Positions 36,861 through 49,900 of a stretch of DNA of 64,000 bases are shown here, in pieces. This stretch comes from Ginglymostoma cirratum (Eukaryota). Every line of letters begins with the position of its first letter. The first letter of the stretch is position 1. Position numbers and translations under genes: made by a program. The notes beneath the pieces were generated by a model. The model saw only the letters and a program-made list of their open reading frames with translations. It did no database searches and was not told the origin of the DNA. The stretch lies in the NCBI GenBank assembly GCA_024137785.1, contig JAHRHZ010000282.1, positions 1,087,201 to 1,151,200 on the forward strand, given 5' to 3'.

Positions 36861-37547
36861 AGATAATAGAGACTCCCGCGTCACGCAAGGCAACCACAAA
36901 GTAAAATCCTTGAAGCTAACGTGACAGATCGATAACGTCGTTAAGCATGCATTGTGATTACTTGATTAGCAATCAAAAGTCCTTCTGTAAAGTTCCAGAG
37001 CCAGGATTTCAATTTCTAACATGGTAGCTCAATTAATTAAAGGATTTGAAATGAAAATGCTGGCATAATGAACTTACCAAAGTTTCAGAGCACTGCGCAT
37101 GGTTCAGTATTGCCTTCAAGAGGAAGAAGCCTGTCCTTCCTGCCAGAACTAGCCTAACTGTTCAACAGAAATGAGCTTGTTCCTTACCTGCCGCTAACTT
37201 GACTAAGAAGCCCATTAAATTATGTGAAATATTCTTCAGAAATATAAACCATAATTCGTCGAGCCAAGTGGCAGCAATTCAAAAAGGTAGATGATGGTCA
37301 CAGTCTTATGGTGCATAACTAATTTGTTCATATTTCGATCAAGAGTTCAAAAATTAAAAAAGTGCATTGGAGTATGGAAATCTGAAACAAAAACAGATTA
37401 GAAACATTGGAAACACGCAGCAGATAAGTTAGGTTCTGCAGACAGACAGTCAGGTACATGTTTTAGATGGAGAATTGAATGCAAAGTCTCCTGAGATATT
37501 CTCCTAAACACAATTCTCCCCAGTATTACACTCCAATTCAAAGCTGA

Positions 37548-38738
37548 ATTTCCAGAAGGCATTTGACAAGGTGCCACAACAAAATCTGCTATATGAGATA
37601 AAGTTGCACGGTATTACAGGTAACGTATTGGCATGGATAGAGGATTGGTTGACCAGTAGAAAGCAAAGAGTAGGGGTAAATAGGTGTTTTTCTGATTGGC
37701 GGTCAGTGGCTAGTGGTGTGCCTCAGGGATCAGTGTTGGGACCAGAATTGTTTACAATTTACGCAGATAATTTGGAGTTGGAGCCTCAGGTGGTGTGTCA
37801 AAATTTGCAGATGACATCAAGGTGAGTGATAGAACCAAGTGTGCAGAAGACACTGAAATTCTGCAGAGGGATATAGATAGTCTAAGTGAGTGGGCAAAGG
37901 TCTGGCAGATGGAGTACAATGTTGATAAGTGTGAGGTAATCCATTTTGGTAGGAATAACAGCAAAATGGACAATGTTTTAAATGGTAAAAAAACGCAGCA
38001 CGCTGCTATGCAGAGGGACTTGGGTGTCCTTGGGTGTGCATGAATCGCTAAAAGTAGGATTTCGGGTGCAGCAGGTAATTAAAAAGGTAAAGGGAATTTG
38101 GTCTGCCATTGCTAGAGGGATGGAGTTTAAAAGCGGGGAGGCAATGCTGCAGTTGTATAGAATCCTGGTGAGGCTACACCTGGAGTACTGTGTGCAGTTT
38201 TGATCTCGTTACTTGTGAAGAGATATACTAGCACTGGAGGGGGTGCAGAGGACATTCACTCGGTTGATTCCAGAGTTGAGAGGGTTGGACTATGAGAAGA
38301 GACTGAGTAGGCTGGGGTTATACTGATTGGAATTCAGAAGAATGACGGGAGATCTTATAGAAACATATAAAATTATGAAGGGAATAGATAAGGTGGAGGC
38401 TGGGAGGTTGTTTCTGCGAGCAGGTGAAACTAGGACTAGAGGGCATCGCCTCAAAATAAAAGGAAGCAGATGTAGGACTGAGATCAGGAGAAACTTCTTC
38501 ACCCAAAGGGTTGTGGATCTATGGAATTCCCTGCCCAGTGAAGCGGTTGAAGCAACCTCGCTGAATATTTTAAGACAAGGCCAAATAAAGTTTTGAACAG
38601 TAAAGGAATTAAGGGTTATGGTGAGTGGGTGGGTAAGTGGAGCTGAGTCTCAAAAAGATCAGCCGTGATCTTATTAAATGGCGGGGTAGGCTCGAGGGGC
38701 CAGATGACCTACTCCTGCTCCTCGTTCTTATGTTCTTA
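37548..38738 (+). mobile_element. Relatively young 5'-truncated CR1 LINE (RT and 3' UTR)
   Basis: FQKAFDKVP, SGVPQGSVLGP, SKFADDIK, WQMEYNVDKCEVIHFG, RTRGH, FFTQRVV.LWNSLP; tail tcttatgttcttat. Confidence 0.92.
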
Positions 38739-40699
38739 TTGCATTATGGAGTAGCCCTAGCAAGCTAGTTATTGGGTGATAGGCGATAGGGTCTCAATGC
38801 TGGCTTAGCCAGAAACATTGAAATTCATCGAGTGATTAAAGAAAATACATAACTGAGACTAAATCTCACTACCACTATATCAATTGAATGAAATTGCCGT
38901 GGCAGTTCCTGATGTGTTTTCAATTATTTTATATGAATATTCTAAAAAGTCCTTTGATCCTTTATGAGCCCTTGAATATTTTCTGGTCTAAATGGATTGA
39001 AGTATAAATCAATAGGATGTTCAGAGCAAATCTTGTTGTACATAAATGTTTCATTGTCTGGAACTGCAGAACTTCCAGAACTGAATTCTTAACATAATTG
39101 AACTTTAAAGTTGTGTTTATTCTTTGTAAAGAAGTAACATCTATTGCAGTCGATGCTCGGGAAGTTTGTATTCTTAAAATAAACCTGTTTTCATTTGAAC
39201 TGATCAATAAACAACTTCGTTCATCTGGGGTTGTCACAATTAACTCTTCTTTGAAAACACTAAAGCGCTTATGTAAATAAACACAGAAATAGAACTCTCA
39301 GTGCAGATTATAGATCAACAAAAACATATATTTTCCCATGAACACAGAACACACATAGCGGCAAAAATGCAAATAACTCAACGGATTCTAACATGAATTG
39401 ATATTTAGGCTCTTTTTATACATAATCTATATGATTATAGATTCACAGTGATATAATTTTTCAAATTTGGCACAAAGAAATAAATTACTCGTTGCTAGAT
39501 AATTTAGCACAACCAATGTTTCTGTCTCTCTCTCTTCCCTCTGTCTCCGCTCAACTCTGACTTTTCTACTTATTTGTTTTTCTGTCTTATAACGCGTTTT
39601 GCCTCTGCACAATTTGACAAATTTTTCCTCCATAACATGAAGTCAACACCTAACCTAATATCCCCTCAGCTCCATTCATCATTTACTTTCTAAAAAGATT
39701 TGACTCAATAGAGCAATACTTTCTCGAGAATGTGTCTTTGAATGTCCAGTGATCTGGAAGTACCTGATTATAACACATGGAAGGGTCTTTCCTCAGCACA
39801 TTACCTGTATGTATTGAGGCTGCGAGGCTTTACTGTGCGAGTGTTGAAAGGACTTTTCATTGTATCTCACCTGTCTTGTTCTTGGATGAGGATTTCTTGA
39901 TGGCTCAGTGTATTGCATATTTATTCTATAATTAAACTTTCATGGAATGTTTAATATAAAAGAGGAGAGGGTGACTTACTCTGAATCGAAACAGTGCTGC
40001 ACACGACCTTGGAATGTGCTTTTTACGGCATCTTGTATTTAGATCTATTCTGCATCTGAACCATTAAATACTTGGCATGATTGTTTTGGAGAGACGGAGA
40101 TTTATTCTGCATAGAACGTGAGCTGTACAATCATCTAATGTCAAAATGTAGGGGCATCTTTAGCACTAACTAACATATTGGTGATTTCGGAATGTTTGAA
40201 ACCAGAATAAAAAAGGAACGACACTCTAGGTTTAATTTTTGACCTCTGTGGTGTGTGTGTGTTGGTAGATAATGTTGATATATGTCATATCTGTATATTC
40301 CATGCTACGCATGCCAACGTTGTGTTTGATTCAGTAGCTTAAATTTGGTTTAACTCTGTCTTTAACATTCTATGCAGCAGTCTTTGTTGTTTTTGATAAA
40401 TATTTCACAGATTTGAAGGGATATAGGTTTAGTTACCAAATTAGAGAAAGAACGAAGCCACAACAGAGGAGAGAGGAGATCATATGTTATCAAGACTTTT
40501 TCTTATGACAAGTTTGAATTGAAGCAGCTCCACTTTTCTTGTAAAATATGATCCGGGGTGGTGTGGGGTGGAGATGGGGGTTTGGAATTTAGTGAGGTCG
40601 ATAATAATTCTGAAATGACTAACTTAGAGCAAAGGTCAATTTTAAGACAATAAGAGCTGAAACCTGAAGCACATCTTTCAGCTGATGGAGTTTGCTCTT

Positions 40700-42450
40700 C
40701 CATTCACTGCCATCATGGTTAAACTGATAAGCTTCAGCTTCACTTTTCTGCCTTTCCCCCACAAGCACTGATTCCACTACCAATTCAACATCTGTCCATG
40801 ACGGTCTTCAAAGTACTTATGGACTCAAACACGACAGTCTTCTCTGATAAAAATTTCTGCAGATTCATTACATTCTGGTCGAAGAAATTATCTTCTGCCT
40901 GAAGGCTGTGACCTCTATTTCAGGTATTATAACCACTGCTATTAAATTCTCCCGCAAGGGGAAACAACATTTCTGCATTTCGCACATCAAATTCCCTAAA
41001 AACAATCCATGTTTCAATATGTCACCACTCAATTGTCTATATTCCAATGAGTACAGTGCAAAACTACAGAACCTCTGTTCACAAGACAGCCCATTCATCC
41101 TCTGGATCAGCCAACTGAGCTTCATTTGGACTGCCTCGCATTCCAGTGTATCTTTCCTTCGATAAGAGGCTCAAAACTGCTCGCAGTATTCCAGCTGTTC
41201 ACTGACCAATGTTTGTACAGTTTTAGCAAAACTTATAGATTCGAAAAATCATACCATGTCGAAAAAGAAGGCCTTTGTTCAAACTTATCCGCACAAACCA
41301 GATATCCCAATCTGATCTCGTCATTTTTGCCAGCATTTGGCTCATATTCCTCCAAACTCTTCCTGTTCATTTTTCATGTCGACGCATTTTTAAATGTTGT
41401 AATTGTACCTACAGACACTACGTCCTCTGGAAAATCATTCCATTTATGCAGCACCCTCAGTTTGAAAAAGTTGCACATCAAATCCTTTTGAAATCTTTCC
41501 CCTCTCACCTTGATCGTGTGTCTTCGAGTTATGGACTCCCACTACCTAGGAAAAAGAGCTTGACTTTTCAACCTATCAATGCACCTCATCTTTTTATAAA
41601 TCGCAGTGATATCACCTCTCAATCTCTCCCGGAGCAGGGAGAAAAAAAAATCACCAGCTTATTCAGCCACTGCCTCGAGCTCAAACTATCCATTCCTGGC
41701 GTCATCCTCATGAATCTTTTCTTCACTCTCTAAGGTATAACAACATTCTTCCTGTAGAGTGTCGACCAGAATTGCAAACAGTATCCAAAGTGACCTCATG
41801 AATATCTTGTATAGCCGCAATGTGACATTTGCTCAAGCTTATGACCAATGAAGTCACTCGTGACAAACACCATCTTCACCACCCTGCGATTTCAATTTCT
41901 TGAATATATGATCCATGCTATTATGTCTCTTTATTCTGCAACACTATCCACGGCCCTACCATCAACTTTGTTGTTAATTCCCTGATCTGTCTTACCAAAA
42001 TACAGCACCTTCATATTTTTGTAAATTATAGTCCACCTGCCACCCATGGTGTCATACAGCATGGAAACAGACACGACCGGATCTTTCCAACCGTAATCCC
42101 AAACTAATCTGGTCCCACCTGCCTGGGTTTCACCCAAATCGCTCCAAAACTTCCTGCTTCATGTACGTGTTCAAATATTTGGTAAACGTTGTAACTGTAG
42201 CTGTATCCATTCCCTCCACTGGAAGTTGATTCCCCATGCCAACCACTCTCTGAATATTAAAAAAAAAATGCCCTGTATAGATCGTTCTCTTCTCACTTTA
42301 TAAAAAAGACGACAAGTCTTGAAACATTCCAGAATAGGGAAGACACCTACTACTCACTTTACCTATTGCTGTCATGATCTCCTCTCAGCCTCCTGCACTC
42401 CTGTGATAAAAGCTGCAGCCTATTCAACCCACCTCTGCAGTACAAACCCT
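40700..42450 (-). mobile_element. Stack of about three CR1 3' fragments
   Basis: Separate tails at ~40700, ~41250 and ~42050; ORFs 40868-41125 and 41931-42137 contain CR1 C-terminal motifs. Confidence 0.7.
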
Positions 42451-42454
42451 CCTG

Positions 42455-44620
42455 GGACATGAGACAGCATTGGCAAAGGGATTCTACGAGTACATTATGG
42501 AAAAAAAAGAGTCACGCGGGAGAGAATAGGGCCTGTTAAAGATCCGCAAGACTGACAACGTGTGGAACTTCAGGAGGTGGTTGAGACATTAAATGAGTAT
42601 GTTGCGTCATTGTTTTTTGTGAGGAATGATCTGGAAGCTCGAGAACTTATGAAAATAATAAGCAATGTCTTCAACAGCGTTCCTTTTACAGAGGAGGAGC
42701 TGCAGGACATCTCAAATGCACAAGGGTGGATAAATCCCCAGGACCTGATCAGGTGTGTTTAAGAGTTTTGAGGAAAGCTAAAGAAATGAATGTTGGGCTC
42801 CTTGCTGAAATATATGAATCATCGATAGCCACAGGTGATGTGCCAGAATACTGGATGTTGGCTAACGTATTCCCATTACTGAAGAACTGTAGTAAGGAAA
42901 AGCCAGGAAGCTACAGAACGGTGAGCCTGATATCAGCGGTGGGCAAACTGTTGGCCGGGATTCTGAGGTACAAGATTTACATGTATTTGGAAAGGCACAG
43001 ACTGATTAAGAATAGTCAGCATGGTGTTGTGCGTGGGAAATCATGTCTGACTGACTTGATTGATTTATTTTTGAAGAATCACTTAGAGGATTGACGAATG
43101 CAGAGTGGTGGACGTGGTTTATATGGACTTTCTTGATGCATTCGACATGGTTCCACGTGGTGGACTGATTACATGGAACATTGAATCCTTACAGTATGGA
43201 AACAGGCCATTCGGCACAACAAATACAGTCCGACCCTCAGACCATCCCAGCCCCCTTAACTCACCAAATCTGCACATCGCTATGAGCAATTTAGCATGAC
43301 CAATCCATCAAGACTGCATTTCTTTGGACTGTGGGAGGAAATCGGAGCACCTGGAGGAAACCAGGACAAGGGTAGAGTGTGCAAACTCCACACAAACAGT
43401 CGCCAAATGGTGGAATTGAACGCGGGTCCCTGGCGCTGTGAGGCAGTAGTGCTAACCACTGAGCCACCGTTCCACCCCATGGTGAACATGGTCAGATCTG
43501 GTTGAATCAAGAGGTAACTAGCTTTATGGTTACATCACTGGCTCGAAGGTCGGAGACAGAGCGTGGTAGTGGGTGGTTGCTTTTCAGAATGGAGATTTGT
43601 GACCATTGGTACGCTGTAAGTGTTGTTCCTGGGTCTAGTGACTTTTTTCATTTATGTCAATGATTTGGATTTGAATACTGGAGTTACGATTCGTAAGTTG
43701 ACAGATGACATCAAATTGGAGGTGTATTGGACAGTAAAGAAAGTTACCTCAGAGTACAGTGGCACGTTGAACAGATGGATGGATGAGCTGATGCACAGCA
43801 GAGCGACTGATGGAGTTTAATTTCGATAAATGTGTTGTGTTGGATTTTGATAAGACGAATCAGGTGAGGATTTTTACTGTTAATGGTAAGGTCCTGGAGA
43901 GAGTTGCCAAACAAAGAGACCTTGGAGTGTGGTTTCATAGTTCCTTGAAAATGAAGTCGTAGGTAGAAAGAAGAGTGAAAAAGGCATTTGGTATGCTTGG
44001 CGCTACTAGTCAGTGCATTGAGTATAGGAGTTGGGAGGTCATGTTGCAGCTGGATCAAACATTGGATAGGCCACTTCTTGAAAACTGAGTTCAATCCTGG
44101 TCTCTGCGAAAGCAAACATGTTTTGAAACTTGAAAGAGTTCAGAAAAAAATGCATATATGTTGCCACGCTTGGTTTGAGCTATGGTGAAAAGATGAATAA
44201 ACTGGAACTATATTTCCTGGAGTGTCGGAGGCTGAGGCGTGAGCTTTTAGTAGTTTATTAAACGATGAGGGCATGGACAGAGTGAATAGCCGAGGTCTTT
44301 TCCACAGGGTAGATGAGTCCAAACCGAGAGAGGATATGCTTATGGTGGAAGAGGAAAGAATTAAAAGCGAGCTAAAGGGCAACTTTCCACGCTGAGGATG
44401 GTGCATATATGGAACGAGCAGCCACATGAAAAAATGGAGGCTGGTATAATTATAACATTTCAAGGCCATCTGGATGTGTAAACGAATAGGAAAGGTTGTC
44501 AGGGATATTGGCCAATTGCTGGCAAATGGGACTAGATTAATTTGGGATATCTGGTTGGCATGAACGAGTGGAATGAACGATCTGTTTCCTTACTATCCAT
44601 CTCCTTGACTCCATGACTCT
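42455..44620 (+). mobile_element. Decayed CR1/HER1-type LINE (RT to 3' UTR), interrupted by a SINE
   Basis: ORF 42726-43094 DKSPGPDQ...WMLANVFPL...PGSYRTVSL...SQHGVVRGKSCLT; VDVVYMDF; LTDDIK. Confidence 0.9.
43172..43476 (-). mobile_element. HE1-type (V-SINE) SINE inserted in CR1
   Basis: Head GGTGGCTCAGTGGTTAGCACTACTGCCTCACAGCGCCAGGGACCCGCGTTCAATTCC contains pol III A and B boxes; V-domain-like core follows. Confidence 0.88.
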
Positions 44621-44624
44621 GCAG

Positions 44625-47600
44625 CCCTCCTCATAACACAAATCTTCCACTGCTGCAACATCCTGATATTTTTTATTCAGAACTATCTCCAGCTTGATTA
44701 CATCCTTATTGTAAGAGGGCGAACAAAACTGGACGCAGTTCTCCAGAAGAGGACATGCCAACGTCCTGTAGATATTTAACACGTCTTCCCAACTCCCATA
44801 CTCAAAGGTGTGAGCAATGATGGCAAAAATAATAAACTTCTTCTGAACCACGCTGTCAAATCATGTTATGCAAACTTCAAAGGATTACTTACCTGACCCT
44901 TAGTTCTCTCTGTACTACAGCACTGCAGGAGTCCCTATCTTAAATTGTTATAGTCCTGTCCTTGTTTGTTTTCCCACAGTGCAAAACCGCACAGCTCTCG
45001 AAATTAAACCCCAGCTTTCAATCGTCAATCAATTGACCTGATCAATAAAGTTCTCTTTCTAATCTTAGATAGCCTTCTACACTGTCCAATACACCATCAA
45101 ATTCGATGTTATTCGCAAACTTACCAGAATTTTGATCTCAATTATTGATATAAATGACAAAAAAAGCGGACCCCGCACCACTCCTTTGGAACACCACTTG
45201 CAACAGACCTCCAGTCCGGAAAACAATCCTCCACGACTACACTTTGTCTCCTGCCATCAGGGAATTGTGTATCCAATTGGCAAGCTCACCCTGAATCCCA
45301 GATGAATCGATTTTGACAAATAGACTATTATGTGGAACCTTGTCAAAGGCTTTCCTAAAGTCCAAGTAAACAATGTCTACCTTTCTGCTAGTCATCAATT
45401 CCACTTTTTCCTTTGGTTACATCTTTGCAAAAAGCCTTGCTGAATCAGTCCTTCCCTTTCTTAATGCATGTAAATTCTGTCCCTCAGAAATCCCATCGAA
45501 CAAGTTTCCCACCATTGATGTCAGGCTCACGGTTCGATAGATCACTGACTTTTGCTTACAGTGTTGTTCAAGAATAGCACGAGGTTAGCCGCTGTACAGT
45601 CTATGGGCACCTCACCTGTGGCTATCAATGACAAAAGAGGGGCCCAGCTACCTCTTCCCCAATTTCCATTAAAGTTCTGTGGAGAACCTAGTCAGGTCCC
45701 GGTTACTTATCTCTCTTGTTGTGCTTTAAGACCTCCAACACCTCAAATCTTCTCAAGACATTATTATTTATTTCCCAAAGTTCCATTGTTTCCATGTCAC
45801 TCTCCAAAGCAAATACGGACGTTCAATATTCGTTCAGTATTTCACACATCTCTTGTGTTTCTACGTTGATATCTAAGGGCCCATATTCCCTCTCGAGTCA
45901 TTCTTTTTTGCCTTTAATTAATTATAGAATCACTTTAGACTCACTTTGAAACTTTTAGCGAAAGATGTCTCGTGTCCCTTTTGTGCCAGCCCGAGAGCCC
46001 TCTTAAGTATACTTCGACAGTCCTCATGCTGTTCTAGGGATACACTCGATCCCAGCTGTCTATATCTGGTATATGCCTTCTCTTTTTACTTTTGCAGAGC
46101 TTGAATTTTCCAGTCACCCAACATTCACTACACCGACCAATTTTGCCCTTTACACAAACAGGAACATACTGCATCTGAGCTCTCATTATGTCATTCTTAA
46201 AGTTCTCTCACTTCTGAACATTTTCTTTACTTGTGAATAGTTTCCGGGAATCAACTTTTCAAAGTTCCTGTCTAATACCTTCAAAATTAATTTCTAATTT
46301 AGAGCTTTAACTTTGTGATCTATCCTATCCTTTCCCGTAACTATTTTAAACCTAATAGATTTATGATCACTTCTCTCAAAGTGGTCCCCCAAAGAAAGGC
46401 AGTCACTTGTCCTGCCTTATTTCCCAGCAGAAGTTCAAGTAATGCTTCTTCTCAAGGATGTACATCTGCATATTGAATAAACATGTTTTTTGAACACAAA
46501 TAACAAATTCTTCCACATCCAAGCCCTTTGCATTATGACATTCCCATTCTATGTTTGTACATTTTAAATTCCCCACCATTATCCAATTTCTCTTACAAGA
46601 ATCTGAGATCCCAAGAGGGTTGGAATAGAAAAGCTGTGATGTGCTTCTGAGACTTCATAAAGCTCTAGTTAGGCCCCATTTAGAATACCGTGTCCAATTT
46701 TGGGCCCCACACCTCAGGAAGGACATACTGGCACTGGAGCGTGTCCAGCGGAGATTCACGCGGATGATCCCTGGAATGGTCGGCCGAACATACGATGAAC
46801 GGCTGATGATCCTGGGATTGTATTCATTAGAGTTTAGAAGGTTGAGGGGAGATCTAATAGAAACTTACAAGATAATGCATGGCTTAGAAAGGGTGGACTC
46901 TGGGATGTTGTTTCCGTTAGGTGGGGATACTAGGACCCGTGTGCACAGCCTTAGAATTCGAGGGGGTCAATTTAGAACAGAAATGAGGAGACATTTCTTC
47001 AGCCAGAGATTGGTGGGCCTGTGGAATTCATTGCCATGGAGTGCAGTAGAGGCCGGGACGTTGAATGTCTTCAAGGCAGAAATTGATAAATTCTTGATCT
47101 TGCACGGAATCAAGGGCTACGGGGAGATTTCGGGTAAGTGGAGTTGAAATCTCCATCAGCCATGATTAAATGGCGGAGTGGACTGGATGGGCCGAATGGC
47201 CTTACCTACACTCCTATGTCTTATGGTCTTATGGTCTATCCCGTCACATGTTTGTTTCTCAATTTCCCATTGATTATTGAGAGGCCTACAGTGCAGTACC
47301 AATAAGGTGTTGATCGCTTTCTTATTTTAAAGTTCCACCTACATAAATTCACTGTACGGTCGCCCAGGAGTATCTGCCCTATGTGTAGCCATAATGTTCA
47401 AACGAGATAGAAACACCCATTCCCCCTCTTCTCTTGCTTCCCCTTCTATATTTCGTATTGCATCCATAACCTGGAACATTAAGCTCCAAGCCCTGTCTAT
47501 TCCAGAGATACTTATTTTGTCGTAGCTACGATATTTCAGTCCCATGTTTCCAACCTTGCGCTAACTTCATCTGCCTTACCCGTCACGCCTCTTGCATTGA

Positions 47601-47990
47601 AGGAAATGCACTTCAATTTACCAGTAATACCTCGTTCCCTGATAAGCTCTTGTCTACTCTTGTTGATTAGACTTATTTGTCTTACCTTCTGTGCCAGCCT
47701 CAGCAGTTTCTATTTTCTCACGATCTCTTTGGTGCCTCCCAGCACCACGTCCCTCGCAATTCTCCTTACTCGTTTAAAATCTCCCGAGGAGCAGTACCAA
47801 CCTCCCCTGTAAGGATACTTGTCCCCGTTCAATTCAGTTAGTTCCTCTCCCTCTTGTACGGGTCATTTCTGCCGCTGAAGAGATCGCAATGACACAAAAA
47901 TGTGAATTCTGCCCTGAGCACGACCTCCTCAGCCATGCATGCATCTACTCTGTCCTCATGTTCAGACTCTGAATATTCCATTATATTTGA
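44625..47990 (-). mobile_element. Decayed CR1-type LINE (endonuclease to RT), antisense, interrupted by a younger CR1
   Basis: ORF 44537-44851 (PLLENCVQFCSP), DFRKAFDKVP at ~45330-45365, endonuclease remnants at 47340-47600. Confidence 0.8.
46613..47236 (+). mobile_element. Young 5'-truncated CR1 insertion with uninterrupted ORF2 C-terminus
   Basis: ORF 46641-47147 (LVRPHLEY.VQFWAP...FFSQRLVGLWNSLP...GIKGYG) has no internal stop; (TCTTATGG)n tail; short ATCCC duplication on both sides. Confidence 0.9.
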
Positions 47991-47994
47991 AATA

Positions 47995-49900
47995 AAGCCC
48001 AAAATTAAGTCTGACTTCCTCATTAACAGCTGAATTTAAAAACTACCTTTTTGTGATTCAAGGACGAGGACTCCCAAGTTTCTTCATTTAATTTTTATTT
48101 GAATAATATTTAGCAGCTCTATTTTTTCTACCAAAGTGTATATCCTCACATTTTCCATGTTTTTACACGCAGTTCATCGACTTTGCCGTCATATCCCAAG
48201 CTTTAGCTCACATTCTTGTCCTATATACATATCTCTGCAAACTCTTTGTGTCATTCTCACCACTTGCCTCCTCTCCTATTTTTGTGTACTTCATAAACTT
48301 GTCTACAGTACATTCACATTTCTGATCAAAGTCATCAATATACATTGCACACATTGCACCCAGCACGGATTCATGTGATACTCTGTTTGTTCCAGGTTGA
48401 CGTCTTGTGAAATAAAACTCTGAGTCTGACAATCGTTCTACTACGATTTCGACAATCCTCTCACTGCGCCAATATGCTGCCTCCAAAGCCTTGGGCTCTT
48501 GCCTAATTAAGTAATATTATGCATGGTACCTCATCGAATGCCTTTGGAAACTCTAAATGTATGACAACAACTGCTTCCCTCCGTTTTTTTTACATGCTCA
48601 AGGAATTCTAATATATTTATCAGGTAAGATTTCCCTTTCAAAAAGCCATTCTCAGTCCTCTTGATCGTGTCATAGACTTCTAAATACTCTGCTGCTCCAT
48701 ACGATATGATAGGCTCCACCATTCTTCCAATGAATTGTGTTAAATTAAGTGGCTTCAGTCACGTTTTCTTGCGTCTTTCTTTTTCTGAATTAAGTTGTTA
48801 TCTTGCCAGTTTCCCAATCTTCTGGGACTGTTTCAGAAATCTAATAATTATTAGAAAGTTACTACACGTGCATCTCACACTTTTGACGTTATTTATTTTT
48901 CTGGCCTCGATTTCATCACATCAGTTCCAATGTACTTAATGATATTTAGACATATTAATTTCCCTGGCAGTTATGTTCTTTCAGTGGAGTTGTTGTGTTG
49001 TATTCATCTCCCTTGTGTTTTACCATTCGTTATTTAGGAATTTTTGGAATTCTGCAATAAAGGCTGATGAAGAGTATTTATTCAACTCGTCTGTTACTTA
49101 TTGGTTTGCAGTCATTAATTCCCCAGCTTCACTCAAAATAAGCTTGTGTTCACGCGGCCTTTCTCTTCCTTTCTAAAAAAATTAAGGAAGCACTTGCTGT
49201 CCATTTTGATATTACCTGTATTTTTAATTGTATTATTTTAAAAATTATAATTAATTGTGCAATTTCTCCCTCCTTATTAATTTCTGTTTTGCATTTTGAT
49301 AATTATACAAAATTTCAAAATGCTCTGCTTTACTTTGATATTTGATACATTTTAAGTTTTTTTTTCTTTTCTTTCAATTTTTTGCTATCTTTAATTTCCC
49401 TGCTTAACAGGAATTGGCTTGTCCCCTTGCATTAATCCTTCCTTCTCACTGGGATATATCTTTGTTCTGAATCATAAACTGTTATTCATAAACGACTGTC
49501 ATGGCTCTGCATATGTCTTTGCAGCTAAACTCATTTTACAGTCCAATCCAGCAAGACGTGCCCTCATTCCTTTGTAATTACCCTTATAAAAACCCGAAAC
49601 ATTTGTTTCTGATGCAAATTTCTCCTCTCAAATTGAATGCAAAGTTTTGTTATGTGACAGCCAATGTTTTTGATGATATCTTTGAATCCGTCGTCATTTA
49701 TTAAACATCCTCCAGTACATAATTCCAGATCCAACATATAAAGTTGCCTGGCCGGATTGAAAACATATTCTTCAAGGAGACTGTCCCAAATAAACTCTGT
49801 GAATTCTTCTTCGTGACTACCTTTGCCAATCTGACGCTGTCAATTGATGAGAAGATTAAATTTGCCAATGACTAGTGTATTGACTTTTTCATTCCTTTCT
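47995..49900 (-). mobile_element. Old decayed CR1-type LINE
   Basis: ORF 48531-48722 (ENGFLKGKSYLINILEFLE) and 48208-48486 (KFMKYTKIG). Confidence 0.7.

Noticed and set aside
39444-39480. RSS-like CACAGTG...ACAAAGAAA
   Set aside because: The spacer is 21 nt and no V, D or J-like coding sequence or partner RSS is adjacent.
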